Below, in pieces: positions 52,601 through 64,000 of a stretch of 64,000 bases of DNA. Each line of letters opens with the position of its first letter. Within the stretch, counting starts at the first letter, position 1. The notes below the pieces were generated by a model, which did no database searches, was not told the origin of the DNA, and saw nothing but the letters and a program-made list of their open reading frames with translations. Made by a program: the position numbers and the translations under genes. The DNA is from Isurus oxyrinchus (lineage: Eukaryota): contig JANJGN010000013.1 in assembly GCA_026770705.1 (NCBI GenBank), positions 57,598,001 through 57,662,000 on the forward strand, in the 5' to 3' direction.

Positions 52601-54876
52601 TCAGCATGTCCCTTAACTGACTACTAACTAGGAGGCTGAAAACAACGAATTAGTGTCTGCCCTCCCATGTCGTGACCTCTCCCATGCTGTCTCCTCCTAC
52701 CCTCATGCCCTGACCTCTCCCACTAGGGCGCGAGTGAGAGAGGCACGTGCGCCCACCCAATCACACGACCGACCAATCAGACAGAAATTGTGTATTGTCG
52801 TTCTAGATTTGTCAGTGATTGCAAGTGCATTGTGAAGATTTTCCCCTTTGCTCTGGCTGGTGAACTCGTGAACGCTCGAATCTGCACAAACATTTAGGGA
52901 ATCATGTTTCACGAAAAACTCACAACCAGTTGTGCTCTTTTCCAAATGCACTATTAAAACAAATCGCAACACTTGTGTTCTGAATTCCAGGACAGGCTTA
53001 GATATAAACTCTGAACTGCCTGGTGCAGATAATCTTGATGACCAACATTGGGAAAACCTCAGTATTGCTGCATCAGAGCACGAACATCAATCAAGTTTGT
53101 CTTTGACACTATCGCATCACTTCCTCCTTACCTCAATCTTTGCAATAAAGGCATATTTCATTAACTCGTTACAATCTCAACAATACACCCCTTTGTCACT
53201 ACATGGAGGTACCAGTCATCACCATTGTGGTGTACAGTTCAGAACCAAATAACGGAGTCACTTCAGTTATGATTCTAACCTCCATCAGTAACAAAGTGCA
53301 ATGCCGAGATACAATCAGTTTTAATATCATGAAACCCAGAGCGCACCCAAGCAAGCTTCTTATTTCCTAACACGCTCCTTCCCTGGATTGCCTTTCCGAG
53401 GTGCAAACTGGGGCTTGAAAGGATTTTTTGAGTTACCGCGTAAGTTAGGGAAGCGGATAACCATAGGGTAAGGTTCTGAGTTGGAATCTCCTTTAACTCG
53501 AGTGTGTTTTGAAATGTTAGTTGACCGAGTGTTGCTTTAGGATGATGAAGAGTGTGCTGATACCCGGTGTCTGGTATATACCTAGCTTTTCCTAGTCATA
53601 TTGGTGAGCTTCTTCTGGCACTCCTCGACTGTCCTGAGAGTGAGAGTGTAGGCATCTAGCGCCAATGCCACTTGTCTCCACCGCCAAGCTGGCAGGGATG
53701 GATATTCTTGACAGGTTTGTTGACGAAGACATCCACAAGCCTCTGCCTCCTTAACTCATGTTTCTTGAGGTGGGCTTGGAGGTCCCAGTCAGAAATTCCT
53801 TGTTATTCTCCCATTCTTAAAAAATCCCTGATGGGATGTCGGTGCCGCTGGCAAAACCAGCATTTATTGTTCGTGAGACTGTGGTGGTGAGGAAACTTAT
53901 GAACACGTCTCTGTGGTGCTGATACACGCACAGTGTTGTTAGGTATGGAGTTCCGTGATATTGACTCAGCTGGATGGCACGTGAGTTGGAGGGGTACCTT
54001 CAGGCGGTGGTCTTCCTATATATTTGCTGCCTCGTCCTCCTAGGTAGTAGAGTGCACGGGTTAGGAAGGTACCTTCACATGGAGTTGACGAGTTGCTGCA
54101 GTGCGTCTTGCAGCCACAATGTGCCAATGAAGGAGGGACCGAATGCTTAAGGTGATGGATGAAGTGTTGATCAAACGACTGGCGTTGAGCTGATTGAGTG
54201 TTGTTAGAGAGTGGAAAGTATTATGTTATAGTTCACTCTTGTGCCTTGTAAATGATGGAAAGGCATTGGGTATCAGTGAGTGAGTTGCTCACCGCACATT
54301 ACTCAGCCTCGGACCTGCTCTGGCGGCCACAGTTTCTACCTGACGTTTCCAGTTACATTTATGTTCAATGGCGACCGGGCCAGGAATATGATGGCAATCC
54401 AGATAAAAATGAAGAGGAGGTGATTAGACAGTCTCTTGTTGAAGATGATCATTGGCCTAGCATTTATACAGCACTAATGTTACTTGCTACTAATCAGGCC
54501 ACCCCTGAATGTCCAGGTCTTCCTGAATGCCGACATAGGCTAATTCATTGTTTGAAGAGTTCCAAAAGGAAATGAAAACTGCGAAATCGCCAACCCTGAA
54601 CCTTTGATGAAGGGAGCGTCATTGTTGAAGCAGCTGATGATAGTTGGGGCGAGGCCACTGCCCAGGGGAACGCTGGCAGTGACGTCCTGGCGATGAAACA
54701 ATTAGCCTCCAATAATCACAACCATTTTCCTTTTCGTTAGGTTTGACTCCAGTAATTGGACAGCTTTCCCCGACATCAATTTTACTATTGTTCCTTGGTG
54801 CTGCACTAGATCAAACATTGCTTTGATTTCAAGGACAGCCACTCTCACCTCACTACCGGAATTCAGTTATTTTGTT
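49660..54876 (+). repeat. Segmental duplication, copy B
   Basis: Collinear with 27033-32924. Differs by an insertion at 50938-51136 and by a shorter, divergent interval corresponding to about 29750-30600 of copy A. Confidence 0.93.
50938..51136. mobile_element. Young Penelope-derived foldback insertion
   Basis: Perfect 60-bp inverted repeat (50941-51000 and 51033-51092). 14-bp TSD tccgcttccaacaa (50924-50937 and 51137-51150). Empty site in copy A at 28269-28282. Confidence 0.92.
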
Positions 54877-56938
54877 GATATTTGGACCAAGACTTTAATT
54901 AGGTCTGGAGTCAAGTGAACATCACTGAGTGGGTTGACACGTAATGATATTGTCAATGACACATTCCATCACTTTGCTGATCATTGAGAATGGACTGCGG
55001 AGAGGTGATTGGTCAGATTGTACTTCCCTTGCTTTAGCTGGACAGGACATACCTGGACAATTTTGTAATTGTCGAATAGACGTCAATGTTGCCATAGTTG
55101 ATCTAGGAGTGCGGCTCGTTCTGGGGCATAAGCCTTCAGCACTAGAATGGGATGTTATTGGGGCCAATACCCTTACTTATCAGGAAGGAGTGACCATGAC
55201 CCTTGACATTGACCAAGGACCCATAAATTTTCGGGGCTGACTGCGACCTTCTGCCTTCCTTCAGGAGGTAAATCGATACTGCTGCATGTTGTAAATCACT
55301 TGCAAGAAGCACCGAGGATAACAAGAATGTAATCTGGATGGGGACTTCAATTACCAGAAGTGGCTCAGGAATGCCGCTGCTGATCGAGCTGGCTAGGAAG
55401 CCGTTTCTTGATATCACATGGAATGAGGCTAATTGGTTGAAGCCTGGCACATGTGATGGTAGCGACTTCCGAGAAGAGGCCTCGATAGGTCAGCCACTTA
55501 ACGCTTCAATTGTAGGATGTTTCAGCTTGTCTTTTGTTGTCAAGAGCTGGGCTCCTTCACCATTGTGGAGATGTACATGAGCCTCCTCTTCCCCTCGGTT
55601 TATTGTTCACCGCCACTCAGAACTGGATATGGCAACATTGCAAAATGTGGATCTGATCAGTTGTGGTTGCTTAGTCCTATTTTTAGCTTACTGCTTCCAT
55701 GGTTAGAATGCACGTAGTCCTTGTTTTAGCTTCATCAGATTGACTCCTCATGTTTTTGTTAAGCCTGGTGTTGCTCCTAACATGGTGTCCTATACACCTA
55801 GTTGGGCCAGCGTTGACCTCCTGGCTTGATGCTAATGGCAGACCGAAGGATATGCCTGACCACGCTGTTACAGATTGCTGTGGAATAAACGTCTGCTGCT
55901 GCTGACACACAGTGCCCAGCCTCGAGTTGCTGGACATGTTCTGAATCTGTCCCATTTAGCACAGTGGTAGCACCGTATAACATGATGAAGGGCGTCCTCA
56001 GTGTGAGACAGGATTTGAACTTCGCAAGGACTGTGCGTTGGCACACCTAATAATACTGTCAAGGGCAAAAGGCACGTGGGTTAGCGAGAACTAGATAAAG
56101 TAACAAAAACAGAAAAGGCTGGAAAAACTCAGCAGGTCCAACAGCATCTGTGGAGAGCAACAACAAGCTGAGTTAACGTTTCGAGTCCTTATATCTCTGC
56201 TTCAGAGCAAGAAGATCAAGTACGTTTGGCTTCGTGTTAGTTTTCAAACAAGCTGGTACAAGCCCTATCTGGCAGTTATGTACTTCAGAACTTAGCCAGC
56301 TCGATCAGCAGCGGGACTCCCGAGACACTTCTGGTAATTGAAGTCTCCCATCCAGATTCAATTTTTCTGATCCTTCGTGCTTCTTGTAAGTGATTTGCAA
56401 AATGCAGGGGTATCGATTTACCTCCTGAAGGAAGGTCGCAGTCAGCCACGAAAATGTATGGAGCCCGTGGTCGATGTCAAGGGATCCCATGGTCAATCCT
56501 TCCCGATAACATATTACAGGGTGAAATTGGTTTTGGGCATTGGCGCCAGACAGGCACTAGATGCACAAATTGCGGTTTAGTGGTAGAACCCCAGAGGATA
56601 CTCCCAATATACATCTCTAGTGATCATGGCATTATGTCTAAACAGTTACCCTAAGCCGTTTATTTCGTAAAACAGATCTGAGAAAGCATCAGTAGTTTAA
56701 CTGTCATATGTTTATTAAGTCATGATAACATTTTGAATAGTAGATGCAAGAATTAGTGACGTGCAGAGTATCTGTTAGCCACGTATGAGTTTAGACCTCA
56801 GAAATAGGTCGTAATCTTGAACTCATAGCTGTCCTGAAATTCACTGATCTTTATAGATCTGACGGACGAATTAAAAGCAATAGCAGGTGGCTTAATTCGA
56901 ACCGGCTGGTTCTCAGGCGGCCACATCACCTCTATGTC

Positions 56939-57049
56939 ACCTCTTAGTTCTGCTGAAGGGTCATTCGGACTCGAAACGTTAACTGTGCTCCTATCCGCAG
57001 ATGCTGCCAGACCTGCTGTGTTTTTCCGGGTATTTTTGTTTTTGTTTTT
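56939..57049 (+). mobile_element. 111-bp Penelope terminal-repeat insertion containing a hammerhead motif (56946-56984)
   Basis: AGUU-CUGCUGA-A-GGGUC-AUUCG-GACUC-GAAA-CGUU^AACU. 13-bp TSD tcacctctatgtc (56926-56938 and 57050-57062). Confidence 0.85.
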
Positions 57050-57699
57050 TCACCTCTATGTCCTATGTTACTGCACCAGTAGGTGGCAATGCTGCACCAC
57101 ACATAGTTGGTACACAGAAACGTGAATGAGATCCATCACCAGACAAACATTGTCAGTAAAAGGAACATCCTCCGGTTAAATATATCACCGTCCAATCAAA
57201 GTACTAACAATTCAAAGACATTTCCCTCCGTATCTGCTGCAATTATTCACATAAGCCATTTAAACTTCCTACTTTGTCCTTAACTCGTTAACTAGCATTT
57301 CTTGGTGCTTAGGATTGGCCTGCAAAACCCTGACACCATAATCTATACCCCGAAGGGCCCTCAGAGACCTTCCACTCGGTATGCCACACTAGTCTAGCCT
57401 TACAGTTGGATCACGGCCTAGGGCACCCTATTCAAGAGTAAGCAGGTTAGGGGAGACCGCAGGCGCTCTGTGCGCAATCGTGCTCCTGCTCCCTCTCAGT
57501 TCCTCTCGTGTTTCTCCGTCAACTGCTTCCCGCTTGATATGGTTCTGCCGTGTTCCTATTTTCTCCACATTGCTGATCTATGCGGCCTGCTGTTCCCTGC
57601 GTGCACCTCTCTCCAGGCTGTTGAATTATCCGCACTCGACTCTCCATGCTCCTGTTCTCACCGTGTTTGTTCTCCCCGTGTTTGCTCTCTCCGCCTACT

Positions 57700-58560
57700 G
57701 CTCTCTCCATGCTCCAGCTCTCCCCATTCCCCTGCTCTCCACATGCTCCTGCTCTCTCCCTGTTTTGCTCTCCCCATGTTTCTGTTCTCCCCATGCGCTG
57801 CTCAACCCATGCTCCTGCTCTCCCATGCTCTGATCTCCCCATGCTCCAGCTCTCCCATGCTCTTCTCCACCCATACTCCTGCTCTCCCCATGCTCCTGCT
57901 CTCCCAATGCCCTTCTCTTCACCTGTTCCTGCTCTCCCCATGCTCTTCTCCACCCATGCTCCTGTTGTCCCCATGCTCCTGCGTTCCCCATGCTGTGCTC
58001 TCTCCAAGCTCAGGTCCCTCCATGTTCCTGTCTCCCCATCCTCCTTCCCTCCCTATATCTGCTCTCCCCATGCTCCTGCCCACCATACTCTGCTGTCTCC
58101 ATACTCCTGCTCTCCCCATGCTCTTCTCTCCCCCATTCTCTTGCTCGTTCACTGCTCTGCTCTCCCCATGCTCTTCTCTCCCCCATTCTCTTGCTCGTTC
58201 ACTGCTCTGCTCTCCCCATGCTTCTGATCTCCCCATACTCTGCCCTCCTCATGCTCCTGTTCTCCACATGCTCCTGCTCTCCCCATGCTCTACTCTTTCC
58301 CTGCCCTGTTCTCTCCATGCTCCTGCTTCTCATGCTCTGCTCTCCACATGTTCCTGTCTCCTCATGCTCATCCCCCCCCCCCTTTCTCTGCTCTCCCCAT
58401 GCTCCTGCCTTCCATACTCTGCTCTCCCAATTCTCCTGCTCTCCCCCATGATCTTCCCATCCCATGCTACTGCTCTACCCATGCTCCTGCTCTCCCAATA
58501 CTCTTCTGTTCCCATGCTCCTGCCTCCCCATTCTCAGCTCTCTCCATGCTCCTGGTCTCT
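57700..58560 (+). repeat. Pyrimidine-rich minisatellite, ~17-nt unit CTCTCCCCATGCTCCTG
   Basis: Dozens of degenerate tandem copies visible directly. Confidence 0.93.
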
Positions 58561-58759
58561 GTGAGCTCTTGTCAAGAATAGACATTGAGAAGCAGACACT
58601 GCCATCTCACTGATGTCTCTAGTTGAGCACCTTTTTAAAAGCCTCATTTAAACGATCTTTGCATTCAATACTTTTCTATTGTGGCCATTTGATAGTATTT
58701 AAAGTTAGATGGAACCCACGAATACCAGTTCATTTGAAAAGTTGTCATTCAGTGAAAAC

Positions 58760-60560
58760 ACACGGAACTTGAGAAACTAGGGTCATTCTCTTTATAGCAG
58801 AGTTGCTCAAGCGGAGCTTTGATAGAGATGTTCTTGAAGATGTTTGATAGAGTAAATGACCAGAAACAGTTTTCAGACGCAGAAAGCTCTAGGTCACAGA
58901 ATTACGGTAGGTTGTGGAAAGAAGAAAGAGGAGGAAGGAATACGCAGGGGGATTTAATGTTCTGGATTGCAGTGGCTGAGAGCGTGATTAAAGAAGATTC
59001 AATAATAACATCAGAATAGAAGCTAAATAAATCATGGTGGAAAATATGTATGGCTATGGAGATAGAGCAGAGCAGTGTGTGAAATTCTGTAACTGCTTCA
59101 CAGAGCAGACATACACAGGTTGGGCCGATTGGGCTCCCTCTTGTGCTATATAATTTCATGATTTAGTGTATTTATGGGACGATATCTGAGACCAAGACAG
59201 TCAGGCCTCTCAGTGCAATGATTCATTTGTTATATCTGTGCATTTCAGCTGGATCATGCTTTCAAGTGTTCATAGAAGCATGAAGTCGTGTGGTAAACTA
59301 TCATATTATCAATACGGCACAGAAGAAGGCCATTAGGCCCATCGAGTTCTCTGTGCAGCAATTCAGCCAGTCCCATTCCCCCGCTCTATCCCCGTAGCCC
59401 TGCAAGTGAATTTCCATGAAGTATATGTCGTATTTCCTTTTGAAATAATTGATTCTCTCCGCTCCCACCACTCCCGTGTTGGGTATCACTCACTGTGTAA
59501 AAAAAGCTCTTCGTCAGATCTTTCCTGTTCTTCTTGCCCAAAACCCTCAATCTGTGTCTTTTGCATCAGTGCCACCAACGAATGGGAACAGCTTTTCTTT
59601 CTATACCTTATCGAAAACTGCCATCGACTTTTGCACTTCTATCAAATTCCCCTTTTCTCTAAGGTGAACAACTCCAGGTCTCCAACTTAACAATTTAGCT
59701 AAATTTCTTCATTCCTATAATCATTCTGATAATTCTCCTCCTCAGGGCCTCCATATCCTTCCTAAAGTGTAGTGATCAGAACTACACGCAACACTCTAGT
59801 TACGGCATAGCCAGAACTATATAAAGCTTCAGAATATCTTTCCTGATTTTGTGCTTAATACCTCTGTTCATGAAGCCCAAGATTCCATATGTTTTTCTCG
59901 GGATGGACAACAAATACTGGCCTTGACAGCCTTACCTACAATCCATTAAATAATAAAAAATACTAATCTGTCATTATGTCTTTCTACGTCGGTATTAAAT
60001 TCCATCCGCTACTCGTCTGTCCATTCTGCTAGCCTCTTGGTGCAGTCGATAGATATCAGCCTCACTGTTAGCCACACCTACAAATGTACATCAAAAAGCA
60101 TTCGCCCTAGTACTGACAGTTGGGAAACACTATTGTCTACCATCCTCCAGTCAGAATAAGAACATTTTACCATCATCCACTGTTTTCTGTCCTTAAGGCA
60201 TTAAAAAAAATCCAAGCTGACACTAACATTCCTATTGCACGAGCCCCAGTTTTGTGTGGTAATTTACCAAATGATTTATTAAAATCTATATAAGAACCAT
60301 CCATTGCATTCCCTTCATCAACGTTTACTGTTACTTCATCAGAAAATGCAATTAGCTTAACCAAACACAGCCTGCTCTTTACAAATCCGTGCTGCCTCAC
60401 CTTAATAAACTCAAATCCCTCCAATTACATTCCTTGTTTATTAATTCTGAGGCCTTATCCACTTTTGTTGGTAAACTGTCCTTTCTATATATACTAGGAA
60501 TGTCCTTACACCCTTCCATGAACAGTGGTGCCACATTTGCTACTTCCTAATCCTCGAGCA
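58760..60560. mobile_element. Degenerate CR1 fragments (+ about 58760-59160, - about 59310-60560)
   Basis: QHGFVKSRLCLVKLIAFSDEVT..YIDFNKSFGKLPH and CR1-like 3' tails. Confidence 0.7.
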
Positions 60561-61280
60561 TTTCCCCTGTTCATTCACTGATGTGTCCTTTGCCCGAAGG
60601 CAGGTCCTAGGCTTATTCTCTGCTGATGCCTCAGCCTGAGCCGTTTTCATGGCAGCATTTGTCAGAGTTGGTTTACCATTGCCTTCTACTCTCGGGGGGC
60701 AGGGTGAGATGGCACGTCCAGTGTCTACTTCAGCCGGAACGGGAAGCGAATTGGCGCTGTTGCTGTTATTCTGAACCACACGCTAGGTAATTAAGCTAAC
60801 CAAGCTAATCGGCCCCCAAATTCGGCTGTAGCTAGAGGGCATTGGAAGATTATGATATTACTAGTTATTAATAATTTATTTTTGGTTTTGAACATTTAAA
60901 ATATTTTATGAATTTTGCTTGTTATTTTTAAACTAAGCACAAATGGAATTTCGTACAATGTTTTCTACAATATTATCGCACAACTATGTTTCATCTTGCA
61001 GTTTGCCATAACTATCAATTAACAACTGCTACGTTTGACTCATACACAATTCATTTTTCAATACATTGATATTCTGAAACGCCTGTGACATGAAGTATAT
61101 CTCTCAGGCCCATAAATAAAACTACTTGCGAAAGGTTGCACCCAATCATCCATACTTCTCTCACAACACCTAAATCACTCACAATTCCCAAGGTTGCTCC
61201 TAGGATATTTTTGGTACTTCGCTCACACCTCAAGGTGGAATAAAAACAAAACGTTGCTGTGTGATACCTGTCCTTCATTG

Positions 61281-61370
61281 TCTGTTTGTCTGTCTATCTA
61301 TCTATCTATCGATCGATCGATTTCTCCATCTATCTATTTCTCTATCTATCTATCTATCTATCTATCTATT
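61281..61370 (+). repeat. (TCTA)n microsatellite
   Basis: Visible imperfect tandem array. Confidence 0.9.
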
Positions 61371-61734
61371 CCCTTATGCAAATAAGAGCAATGCTCGATG
61401 TCTTTAATTTTTCGCTGTGTACAAATCAAATCTCAACTCACACTATGTTTTCCCAATTTGACTTTCCACGGAACCCTATAGCCTTAAACCGCTTACCGCG
61501 CTCAGCTTTTACTCTTTATTTTAATCTTCAGCCTTTTAAAGCCCAGACTTTCGTTCATCCAATCCCTCATGTTTCACCCGCTCTCTTATTTTCTGGCATT
61601 CATTTATTGTCGTGTTGCTTTCTATCTCTTTGACATTTTATTTCTCTCATTCTAAAATGGCTGGCATACGAAGCTAAGCAAATATCAGTCAACTCAGGAC
61701 ATGAGATTCCATTACCCCCTTTAGGTGGCTGGAG

Positions 61735-61765
61735 ATTTGCATGCATGTTTAATATTCGATGACGT
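61735..61765 (+). promoter_or_regulatory. Ig light-chain promoter: octamer and CRE-like motif
   Basis: ATTTGCAT 61735-61742, about 123 nt before the ATG. TGACGT at 61760-61765. No canonical TATAAA. Confidence 0.8.
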
Positions 61766-61864
61766 GGCCTAGGTTGAAACTTCTTAAGAGGAGGTTCAGA
61801 AAGAGTCCAGCCACACGTTGTGTCAGGAACTATTTTCTTTCTGACCCTCACTAGAACCTTCACC

Positions 61865-61913
61865 ATGACTCAGTGGGTTCGAGTTCTCTCCGCACTGATG
61901 CTCTGTCTCCACA
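61865..61913 (+). CDS. IGLV: Leader exon of the germline-joined lambda gene
   Basis: caccATG; MTQWVRVLSALMLCLH + A|gtaagt. Confidence 0.93.
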
Positions 61914-62041
61914 GTAAGTACGCGCACTTTCGCTGCTATTTACATTGCTCCTATTCTGTGTGCTTGGGTTTAACAGAGTTGACTTACAAACAATATTCAC
62001 AATTCCATAGTGTGACTGGTCAATAATTATTATTTCACCAG

Positions 62042-62383
62042 GCACAAACGCGGATCCCGTCCTGACTCAACCGGGATCCATCTCAACCTCCCTGGGGAAA
62101 ACCGTCAAGATCACCTGTACCATGTCCGGAGGCAGCATTGGCAGCTACTACACCAGCTGGTACTGGCAGAAACCCGGCAGTGCCCCTGTACTTGTCTGGA
62201 ACGAGAACGATGGTACAGATTCGGGTATTCCAGATCGATTTACCGGGGCTGTGGAATCATCGACTAACACGATGCATTTAACCATCACCAACGTGAAATC
62301 GGAGGACGCCGCCGATTATTACTGTGCTGTAGCTACGGATGGAATAGTGACCTTCGGGAGAGGAACCAAGCTGAACGTGGACA
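62042..62383 (+). CDS. IGLV: Germline-joined Ig lambda (shark type II) VJ exon, in frame; C exon outside the window
   Basis: ttcaccag|GC. Translates (S)TNA-DPVLTQPGSISTSLGKTVKITCTMSGGSIGSYYTSWYWQKPGSAPVLVW..GIPDRFTG..EDAADYYCAVATDGIVTFGRGTKLNVD(S)|gtaagt. No RSS between V and J; the leader intron is retained. Confidence 0.97.
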
Positions 62384-64000
62384 GTAAGTAAATTATTTGC
62401 TGCGGGCACTCTTTAAAAACACTAAAACTATCGGTTTGGTAGGTTGAATTAGAGCAAAGCAAGATTATAGTTCTTAAAATACATTTATACAGGGCTTAGT
62501 GAGTGAGTGTCCTGTGACATACAAAAGATAGTCAGGCATAAATGTGGCCAATTTTAAGGAGAGTGTGCAGGCTTTAAAGAGGCAACAAGGCTAATCCTTT
62601 CTCAGATGAAGCCATACTGCCAGGTTTTAAGTTGAGAGAGCGGGAGTGGAGTTCGGTCCACTGGAAGCTGCCCCGAATGGCCTGGCGGAAATTTGCAGGG
62701 TCATGTTCCGTATTCTTATAACAAGATGGAAACAGATAATTTCATCTTCCCGTCAGTCGGTAGCCTGAGGGCATCAGTTGAATGTCAATGCTAGAAGGAT
62801 AGGGTAGGATATATTCTTCAACGAAGGGACTGTTCGGACTGCTGAGTCCCAGCCTTAATGATGGGGCGAGAGGAACCATCATGGTGTTTAAATGGAAAGT
62901 GGAGAAGCATTTAAAGAAGGAAAACCAAATGTTTGAGAAACAGACACTGTGCACGGGCCTTTCAAAAGGCGCGATTGGCCTCGTTCTGTGCTGTGTAATT
63001 CTAAGGCGCGATTCTTCTGTGCTCTATAATCCTAAAATTCCATGAATCCCACACGGTTTTTAGATTGGCAGCCCCGGCGCTGATTGCCTCGCTCAAAAGC
63101 CTAAAATGCACATTCAAAACTTTAATTCCACTCAGCTTTAATCCCCATTTTTGGATTGAGAAAGTTAGTGTGGCAAGTTGCTGCAACTGAATCTCGTCTT
63201 CAAACTCAGTGGAAAACGTTCAAAGCAAGATGCTCAATCCCCCATTTCACCATAATCCCCTTTGACTACAATAAGAAAACTGGTATCAGCTAGTGATAAT
63301 GATCAACACCCATCCAGTTTCCGCACAACTCAATAACAAACATCAGTATTCAACATGACATCTATTTCCGTAACACGTCAATGGATCATTATCTTCCACC
63401 CGATGAACTGTGTGTGCGTATCTCGGAGTAGTGTTCAGATTGTTGTACCTGCTTCTTTTATTCACTCAATTGCACTTTGCTGCTAATTCTGCGATTAGCC
63501 TGAGAGGAGGGATATTACTGAAAACTTGGGGACTGTATTGCCATTTTAACTTGGTTTTTCGGCGGCATCGAAATGAAATGGACTGAGATGAGATAGAAAA
63601 TAGAAAATGCTCTTTCATATTTTCAGTTAGTCCTCTAATAATAGAATTTTACTACAAATATTGGTGTAAAAACAGTCCGATTAAAAACACTCGTTTAGCC
63701 AATAATAGAAACTGATGGCAAAAGCTGCTCAATTAACCCACGAGATTTCAGATATTTCAGTATCATGGTGTTCAGCTAAACTCCGGGTAACGTAGGGAGA
63801 TCATAATACTCTGATGAAAGGGCTGTCAGAATACCCGGTGCGTCAGCCCCCAAATTACAATGTCAGAAAAGTAAAGCGACCTTGTGTGTTCCGACTCTCA
63901 GAACGGCAGGAGATCGTTAAGCCGGCACGGGCAGGTCTGGTACTGCTGAGACCGGTACAACTGACACCACATCTCAATGCCGCAACCAATTGTGGTGGTC

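Noticed and set aside
57470-58564. 364-aa ORF and overlapping ORFs
   Set aside because: Stop-poor translation of the pyrimidine-rich minisatellite, open in several frames on both strands.
62320-62326. Cryptic heptamer TACTGTG in the joined V (possible V replacement)
   Set aside because: Largely dictated by the Tyr-Cys codons, with no nonamer-like sequence at 12 or 23 bp.
1-64000. CRISPR arrays, rRNA, true tRNA genes or prokaryotic systems
   Set aside because: None seen. The DNA is eukaryotic and the tRNA-like boxes belong to SINE heads.

Overview
Repeat-rich vertebrate DNA, almost certainly from a cartilaginous fish (shark), judged from the cluster-type Ig gene organisation, a type II/lambda V sequence and the repeat families. 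It is part of an immunoglobulin lambda-type light-chain locus with three units. (1) Minus strand 3182-7546: a complete, intact, unrearranged L-V-[23RSS]..[12RSS]-J-C cluster with an octamer/TATA promoter. (2) Plus strand 34512-37272: an orphan lambda C pseudo-exon split by a Penelope-like element. (3) Plus strand 61735-62383: a typical germline-joined lambda L-VJ gene whose C exon lies beyond the window. A 5-6 kb segmental duplication (27033-32924 and 49660-54876) links units 2 and 3. The rest is CR1 and other LINE fragments, SINEs, a decayed Gypsy LTR element, an L1/Tx1 element, two Penelope-like elements and many Penelope-derived mini-elements carrying minimal hammerhead ribozyme motifs. The main finding is an apparently RAG-rearrangeable lambda-type gene sitting beside germline-joined lambda genes. 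All coordinates, translations and identity counts were read by hand, and boundaries of decayed repeats are approximate.
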